From positions 1-48,156 of the forward strand of contig JBILDG010000001.1 of assembly GCA_044352715.1 (NCBI GenBank): a stretch of 48,156 nucleotides of DNA. Reading direction: 5' to 3'. The notes beneath the pieces are model-generated. The model made no database searches and was not told where the DNA came from. It was given only the letters and a program-made list of their open reading frames with translations. Of this stretch, positions 43,352 through 48,156 are shown piece by piece (the first letter of the stretch is position 1; each line of letters opens with the position of its first letter). The stretch is from Chthoniobacterales bacterium. Lineage in GTDB: Bacteria; Verrucomicrobiota; Verrucomicrobiia; Chthoniobacterales; JACTMZ01. A program made the translations under genes and the position numbers.

Positions 43352-44753
43352 TCTCAGGATTGATTTTGGGCGGAAGTTGTCCGCGAAACTTCTCCAGTTT
43401 CTCACGCATGCGATCCGCAATCTCGGGGTGTTTGGACGTCAGATCCGTGGCTTCGCCAACGTCTTCCGCCAAATTGGTCAGCCACTGTTGTTTGCGGTAA
43501 GTTCGCAACTTCCAGTCCCCTTCACGGATGGCAGCATGATCATTGAGCACCCAGTAAAGGGTGCGCGGCGCGCCCCCATTCTTTTTCTCGCCGATCTGGG
43601 GCAGAAGATTCACCCCATCGAGGACAGTTCCTTTGGGAGCCTCGGCTCCGGCCGCAGCACAGAGCGTCGGATAAAGATCCAACGTGCTCACGGGCTGCCG
43701 GTAAAACCGGCCGGTCGGCCACCGGGCCGGCCATGTCATTGTCAAAGGAACCCGAATACCGCCCTCCAGCAACGTGGATTTACGGCCGCTCAGCGGACCG
43801 GTGCTGCCGAGCATTTCCTTGGGCCACTCATCCGGCCACCCAGCGTTGAATGCAAAGGTCGGGCCGTTGTCGCTGGTGAAAACAACAAGCGTGTTCTCCT
43901 TGATACCGTTTCTTTCCAATGCCGCCAGCACGCGACCGACATTCTCGTCAAGTGCGAGAACCATCGCTCCGTAAAAACGCAAAGCCTCGCTGGGCAGATG
44001 CTCTACGTCCTTTTGGTGTGTCTTCTTGGCCTCCAGCGGACTGTGGGGCGCATTGAAGGCCAGATAGAGGAAAAAGGGTTTGTCCGCATGGCGTTCGATA
44101 AACTCCGCAGCCTGCCGCCCCAGACGGTCGGTCAAATATTCATCGCCGGCTTTCTTTGGTCCCCAAGCCGGTGCTTGTTTGCTGTTGGAAACAGCCTTTA
44201 GCTCATCCACCCCGACATAACGCCCTGTCTCATCGGGCCAATAGTCAGCTCCGAAATGCATGACGGACATGGACTCGTCGAAAGTTGTTTTGGGATAGCC
44301 GGGCAGATTGTATTTGCCGACAATTCCCGTGACATAGCCAGCCGAACCCAAAGTCTGGTTGAGCAACTTTTGTGAAGGCGGGATACGCTTGTCTCCTCCG
44401 GCAATCTCCGACCAACAGTCGCGATTATCATGCACACCAAGTCGTTGCTGGTACATTCCGGTGAGCAGTCCGTAGCGACTCGGACCGCACATGGGGGCCG
44501 TCACGTAAGCATCGGTAAAAGCAATCCCCTCGGCCGCAAGGCGATCGATGTTAGGCGTGGGTACCAGCGGCTTGGCTCCATCGTAGTAGCCGACGTCCCC
44601 ATAACCCAAGTCATCGGCAATGATGAGAACGATGTTGGGTGTGCCCGCTTCCGAGGAGGTTGACGATGGCTGGTCGGACCGCGCCGGCAACAGTGACAGC
44701 GAAAATGCGATACCAAGCAGAAAGACCGGGCGCTTTATGGTTTTCATGTTCAT
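43326..44753 (-). CDS. S1-family sulfatase (secreted)
   Basis: Start at [26 protein letters not shown] (ATG 44753 or 44747). Core [18 protein letters not shown] and motif [16 protein letters not shown]. Confidence 0.88.
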   Translation of the reverse strand: MNMKTIKRPVFLLGIAFSLSLLPARSDQPSSTSSEAGTPNIVLIIADDLGYGDVGYYDGAKPLVPTPNIDRLAAEGIAFTDAYVTAPMCGPSRYGLLTGMYQQRLGVHDNRDCWSEIAGGDKRIPPSQKLLNQTLGSAGYVTGIVGKYNLPGYPKTTFDESMSVMHFGADYWPDETGRYVGVDELKAVSNSKQAPAWGPKKAGDEYLTDRLGRQAAEFIERHADKPFFLYLAFNAPHSPLEAKKTHQKDVEHLPSEALRFYGAMVLALDENVGRVLAALERNGIKENTLVVFTSDNGPTFAFNAGWPDEWPKEMLGSTGPLSGRKSTLLEGGIRVPLTMTWPARWPTGRFYRQPVSTLDLYPTLCAAAGAEAPKGTVLDGVNLLPQIGEKKNGGAPRTLYWVLNDHAAIREGDWKLRTYRKQQWLTNLAEDVGEATDLTSKHPEIADRMREKLEKFRGQLPPKINPENAVNPAEN

Positions 44754-44772
44754 AAAAAGAAACTCAGGTCGC

Positions 44773-46866
44773 TTATTTGACCGCATCGGGTAACCGTGAT
44801 GTCACCATCTTGGCCGTAGCCACCCTCGGATTTCCCGCGCGAAGGTCGGCGGGATCGAAGATCACCTGCAGCTCGTTCGTTGGCTGGAGCAACGCTGGGT
44901 CCAAGGAAATTTCGACGGGGCGGTGGAAGTCCTTGATACCTTGCGAAAAAGTCACGTCGACACCCGGCAACTGCTGGCCGTTCAGCTTGACGACCGGGTT
45001 CTTGGTGAACCCTCCGTCGCGCGCCAGAGAGAGCCAAAGTTTCGCGTGAACCAACTTCCCATCCCGCGACGGTAGTTCGACCGTCATGGTGCAAGCACCA
45101 TCCGCATCGGGTTCCAGCAGGGTCTCGATAGCGTAATCGATTGATTCATTCACAGTCCGCTGCACCGGTGCCGCCGAAAGCCGCAAGCGCACCAGCGCAG
45201 TTTCTTCACCCGCCAATTCGATGGGTCCAAGGGGGTTGATATCACGATAACTGGCGTCAATGCGCAAGGCGCCCTCCAAATCCGGCGAGGCATGATCCGT
45301 CGGCACCGGTCCCTCCCAGAGCAAACGCTTGATCTCGGCTTGTCTGATCGTGATTTCGTTCCCTTTCGTATCTTTGCCAGTCGCGATGTCGAGTTTTACG
45401 GCTTGGTTCCCCCCGGGATACCCGTTCCCGTTGTGGAGAAGGATGTACAGCGTGCTTCCATCCAAGAAAGCGCGGGAACTGATATCGCGGGCGCCGTCAT
45501 CCCCCCGATCGGTCCACTGCGCTCGTACCCTCACCCCTTCCAGATCCCGGAAGAACTGGTAAAACTCGCGGAATCTTGTGGGTTGCACGCCGGTGTCCTC
45601 CGGGGCCGAGGGCCGGTTGTAAACCGCTTGCCCGCGCTTGGCCCCGTAATCGCGGCACGATTCCCCAGTGATGAAAGGAACCGCCAGTTCGACTTCAGGA
45701 CGTTCCATAAACGTCATCCAAAGCCGTGTCACCGTGGTCATGTAGAGCCATGGCTTGAAGTCGTTCTGCCAAGGTCCCAGCTGCGGCTCGATGCCCTGGC
45801 GGCCGAACTCCGAGATAATCATCGGTTTTGGATCTTCGTTCCAAACTCTCCGATGATGCGCAGCGAACAGATCGAGCAGTCCATCGGCCCGGCCGTAGTC
45901 CCAGACCGTGCCGACACCAGTGCGCTGGGTGGCATGCAAACTGGGGTTGTCTTGCTTCTTGTAAAGCGGATCGCCCATGAGCCGCTCGTCCGTGTAAGCC
46001 CAGTAACCCTTGCTGTAGAGATGCAGATCGTAGGCACCGACATCTTGGCCGGCCTTCTCGATAAAGGGACGCTCAAAAGAGTCCCATCGCTTCCAATCGC
46101 CCAGCGGGTAAGGCCAGGCACTGCACGGCCCTGCCACTTTGATCTCCGGATGCGCGGCCGCCATGGCTTTGGCCATGACACTGCTGTATTCGGCAAATTC
46201 CTCACCACCCCAGTCAGCTCCGGGCTCATTGAGCGTGGTAAACCATGTCGGAATGGAAGCTCCCGCCGATTTCAATTCGCCGAAAAAATTTACCACCAGC
46301 GCGGAAAACTCGGCATATCTGTCCTGAGCCAGAATCCCTCTCTTTCCATCGCGGCGCATGGCTTCCGGAAATGCCGCGTTCAACGCCAACGCATGCTTGA
46401 GGCCGGGAAACCGGGCAGCGGCTTGTTGATAGACAGCGGACCACTTTGAGGTTTCGTGTTTCACCAAGCTCTGGAAATCGTTGCCTGAAAAATCCGACCG
46501 TTCCGGGCGCTCTTGATTACCTCCCGATCTCCCGCTCTGCCCTCCCACCGGATCGTCGTAAGTGTGGCGCTTGTCATATGACAGGTATAAACCCGTGCCC
46601 CGTCCCGGCCTTGCGCCGATGGAAGCAAGGTCGCGATCACGCTCCTCGCTGAACAACCCGGGCATGTGATAGCTGCGGAAGTAGCGGTCACGATCCAGCT
46701 CCCCGATATTAAAAGGCCCCAGGTTGATCTCCCGCCGCACCCCCGGCTCGACCAAAAGTTTGTGCACCGTATTGTCTGCCGCCGCCCGGCCCGATGTCGC
46801 CGTCCACGGACAACACGTCAAAAAAAGTAAAACAACGGCTTGGGAGAACGAGACACCGAACTTCAT
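44773..46866 (-). CDS. Secreted clan GH-A (beta/alpha)8 glycoside hydrolase; family unassigned
   Basis: A signal peptide is present. [12 protein letters not shown] is an NEP acid/base-type motif, and [11 protein letters not shown] is a nucleophile-type motif at the appropriate spacing. The gene is 697 aa. Confidence 0.65.
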   Translation of the reverse strand: MKFGVSFSQAVVLLFLTCCPWTATSGRAAADNTVHKLLVEPGVRREINLGPFNIGELDRDRYFRSYHMPGLFSEERDRDLASIGARPGRGTGLYLSYDKRHTYDDPVGGQSGRSGGNQERPERSDFSGNDFQSLVKHETSKWSAVYQQAAARFPGLKHALALNAAFPEAMRRDGKRGILAQDRYAEFSALVVNFFGELKSAGASIPTWFTTLNEPGADWGGEEFAEYSSVMAKAMAAAHPEIKVAGPCSAWPYPLGDWKRWDSFERPFIEKAGQDVGAYDLHLYSKGYWAYTDERLMGDPLYKKQDNPSLHATQRTGVGTVWDYGRADGLLDLFAAHHRRVWNEDPKPMIISEFGRQGIEPQLGPWQNDFKPWLYMTTVTRLWMTFMERPEVELAVPFITGESCRDYGAKRGQAVYNRPSAPEDTGVQPTRFREFYQFFRDLEGVRVRAQWTDRGDDGARDISSRAFLDGSTLYILLHNGNGYPGGNQAVKLDIATGKDTKGNEITIRQAEIKRLLWEGPVPTDHASPDLEGALRIDASYRDINPLGPIELAGEETALVRLRLSAAPVQRTVNESIDYAIETLLEPDADGACTMTVELPSRDGKLVHAKLWLSLARDGGFTKNPVVKLNGQQLPGVDVTFSQGIKDFHRPVEISLDPALLQPTNELQVIFDPADLRAGNPRVATAKMVTSRLPDAVK

Positions 46867-47882
46867 TTCAACGGAACCCGCAGATTGAAAGACTTCGCGT
46901 TGTTGCCCTCGTAGGCCGAAAGTTGCAAAGCTACCGGGCGCCCCTCGTCGAAAATCATCCTCGGCATCTCCAGCCTCTCATAGTGGCAGCGCCGACCATC
47001 TTCCCAGTCCAGATAGAACGGAGTGACCAGGGGATCCGCGGCGAGGTGCCACGCAAGGCCGTCGTTCGACTCCAACATTAGGAGCGCGGGAACAATCGAC
47101 GTCAGACCTTCGCCGTGATCTTTGACAATAGCGTAGTATTTGCCATCCATCGTCCACATGCAGTAGTCGTCGAGCGGAAAATCGGTCTTTGTTCCGGTGA
47201 GCAACGATTCGGCCAGCTTTGCAAAGGGGCCTTGGGGATTATCGGAGACAAAAGTGTGATGCTCCACCCGTCCACCACGCGGCGGCACGCCCCGCCGAGC
47301 GGTTTTTACGACCACTTGCCAGCGCCCGTCGAGGCGCCGGAAAATGAACGGAGTCGTGGTCATGAGATAATCCGCCTCCGGCTCGAAGAGCGGAGTCGGT
47401 CGCACCGTCCATTCGCCCAGCGGATCCCTTGTGTGCGCCAACCAAACCCTTTGGTTGTTGCGATGCACCCACCATTTCTCGTTCGACATGGAAATCTCGT
47501 CCAACCCGGGAGGGTGACTTTCCGACCATGGCCCGTTGTTTCCCATGAAGAGCAGCCAATAATCAGCGCCATCGCGGACCATCATCGGGTTGTGCTGGAC
47601 CGGAGGTGCGCCCTCGCCTCCAATGAAAAGCATTTTGACCGGCCGGTATGGACCGAAGCATGTCTCGGAAACAGCCAGTCCGATTCTCGAGTGTGTCGTC
47701 CACGCATCGAATCCGCAGGCCAATGGCCAGCAGGAATAAATGAGAAACCATCTTCCGTCCGGCAGCTTTTCAATCGTGCCACACCACACATAGTGGTCGG
47801 ACAACGAAAACACACAGTTCTCAAACGGCACGCCAAGGCTTTGCTTAATGCTGGCACCGGACATTTTGGTAGGACTACTCAT
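46863..47882 (-). CDS. Beta-propeller glycoside-hydrolase-like protein (GH43/GH117/GH130-like guess), no signal peptide
   Basis: Start at MSSPTKMSG (ATG 47882). ATGA overlaps occur at both ends (47879..47882 and 46863..46866). Repeated W/G/D-rich blade-like segments occur (DGRWFLIYSCW, DGADYWLLFMGNNGPW, DGRWQVVVK, DGKYYAIVKDHG). The product call is weak. Confidence 0.5.
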   Translation of the reverse strand: MSSPTKMSGASIKQSLGVPFENCVFSLSDHYVWCGTIEKLPDGRWFLIYSCWPLACGFDAWTTHSRIGLAVSETCFGPYRPVKMLFIGGEGAPPVQHNPMMVRDGADYWLLFMGNNGPWSESHPPGLDEISMSNEKWWVHRNNQRVWLAHTRDPLGEWTVRPTPLFEPEADYLMTTTPFIFRRLDGRWQVVVKTARRGVPPRGGRVEHHTFVSDNPQGPFAKLAESLLTGTKTDFPLDDYCMWTMDGKYYAIVKDHGEGLTSIVPALLMLESNDGLAWHLAADPLVTPFYLDWEDGRRCHYERLEMPRMIFDEGRPVALQLSAYEGNNAKSFNLRVPLK

Positions 47883-48156
47883 AAAATTTCCTCGGACTCC
47901 ACTTCCCAGACGGCGGACGTAAGACGGCCACCATCCGGCAGGGCCACGCGGACCCCGCCCGACAAAGCCTCGGGGGGGATTTCGACATCGAGGCATCCGT
48001 GGTAATCAGTGACACTTACCGAAAAAGGATGAGCCACGCTCTGCGAAGGACGACCGCCCAAAGCGAGCGAAATGCCGTCTGGAAATCCGCCATCCCGCGC
48101 TAACCCGAGACGTAAACGCACGTTTGCACCGGCAGGAACGTCACGCGGAGGGGCAA
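47879..48156 (-). CDS. C-terminal fragment of an unidentified protein (partial; continues beyond the window end)
   Basis: The frame is open from the window edge: ...APPRDVPAGANVRLRLGLARDGGFPDGISLALGGRPSQSVAHPFSVSVTDYHGCLDVEIPPEALSGGVRVALPDGGRLTSAVWEVESEEIL*. Its stop overlaps the next ATG (ATGA). The GTG at 48121 in the ORF track is probably an internal Val. Confidence 0.5.
   Translation of the reverse strand, partial: APPRDVPAGANVRLRLGLARDGGFPDGISLALGGRPSQSVAHPFSVSVTDYHGCLDVEIPPEALSGGVRVALPDGGRLTSAVWEVESEEIL

Noticed and set aside
1-48156. A search by eye for tRNA, rRNA, CRISPR arrays, transposases, integrases and phage genes.
   Set aside because: I saw no spaced direct-repeat arrays, no cloverleaf-like or rRNA-like conserved stretches in the short intergenic regions, and no ORF with DDE or tyrosine recombinase motifs. 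Absence judged by eye is not proof, and covariance-model scans would settle it.

Overview
This is a high-GC bacterial segment that is almost entirely coding. I read it as a sulfated-polysaccharide utilisation locus of a PVC-type, Verrucomicrobiota-like organism; the taxon is an inference from gene content. It has a PEP-CTERM/PATR repeat protein, a prepilin-like protein and many sulfatases, and no SusC/SusD genes. I support 9 Cys-type (C-x-P-x-R) S1 sulfatases, two of them without signal peptides. I also support a GH78 alpha-L-rhamnosidase and two paralogous GPH/MFS sugar symporters. There are two large paralogous glycoside-hydrolase-like proteins, a GH99-like/WbsX-like protein and a six-hairpin GH-like protein. 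There is also a clan GH-A TIM-barrel hydrolase and a beta-propeller GH-like protein. Four carbohydrate esterases are present (2 SASA-type, 2 SGNH-type). An L-fuconate dehydratase plus SDR pair sits under a divergent GntR regulator, and LacI and AraC regulators are also present. The locus also holds a VapBC toxin-antitoxin pair, two small secreted jelly-roll proteins and a LamG-like protein. Many gene junctions are 4-nt ATGA/GTGA overlaps, which indicates operons. I saw no rRNA, tRNA, CRISPR array or transposase. The most interesting signal is non-coding. A 34-nt bipartite element, made of two about 13-nt direct repeats exactly 21 nt apart and joined by a T-tract, occurs 7 times in intergenic regions and always points at the downstream gene. 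In 6 of the 7 copies it ends 22-24 nt before a -10-like hexamer. In four of those the hexamer lies 6-9 nt before the annotated start codon, a leaderless-like geometry. In the other two the predicted +1 lies at or within about 2 nt of the ATG of a mini-ORF whose stop overlaps the main gene ATG. This geometry matches AraC/XylS-type tandem activator sites, and an AraC-family gene lies next to one copy. The region from about 36.9 kb onward is visibly less GC-rich, most strongly at the GntR gene, which suggests a mosaic origin.
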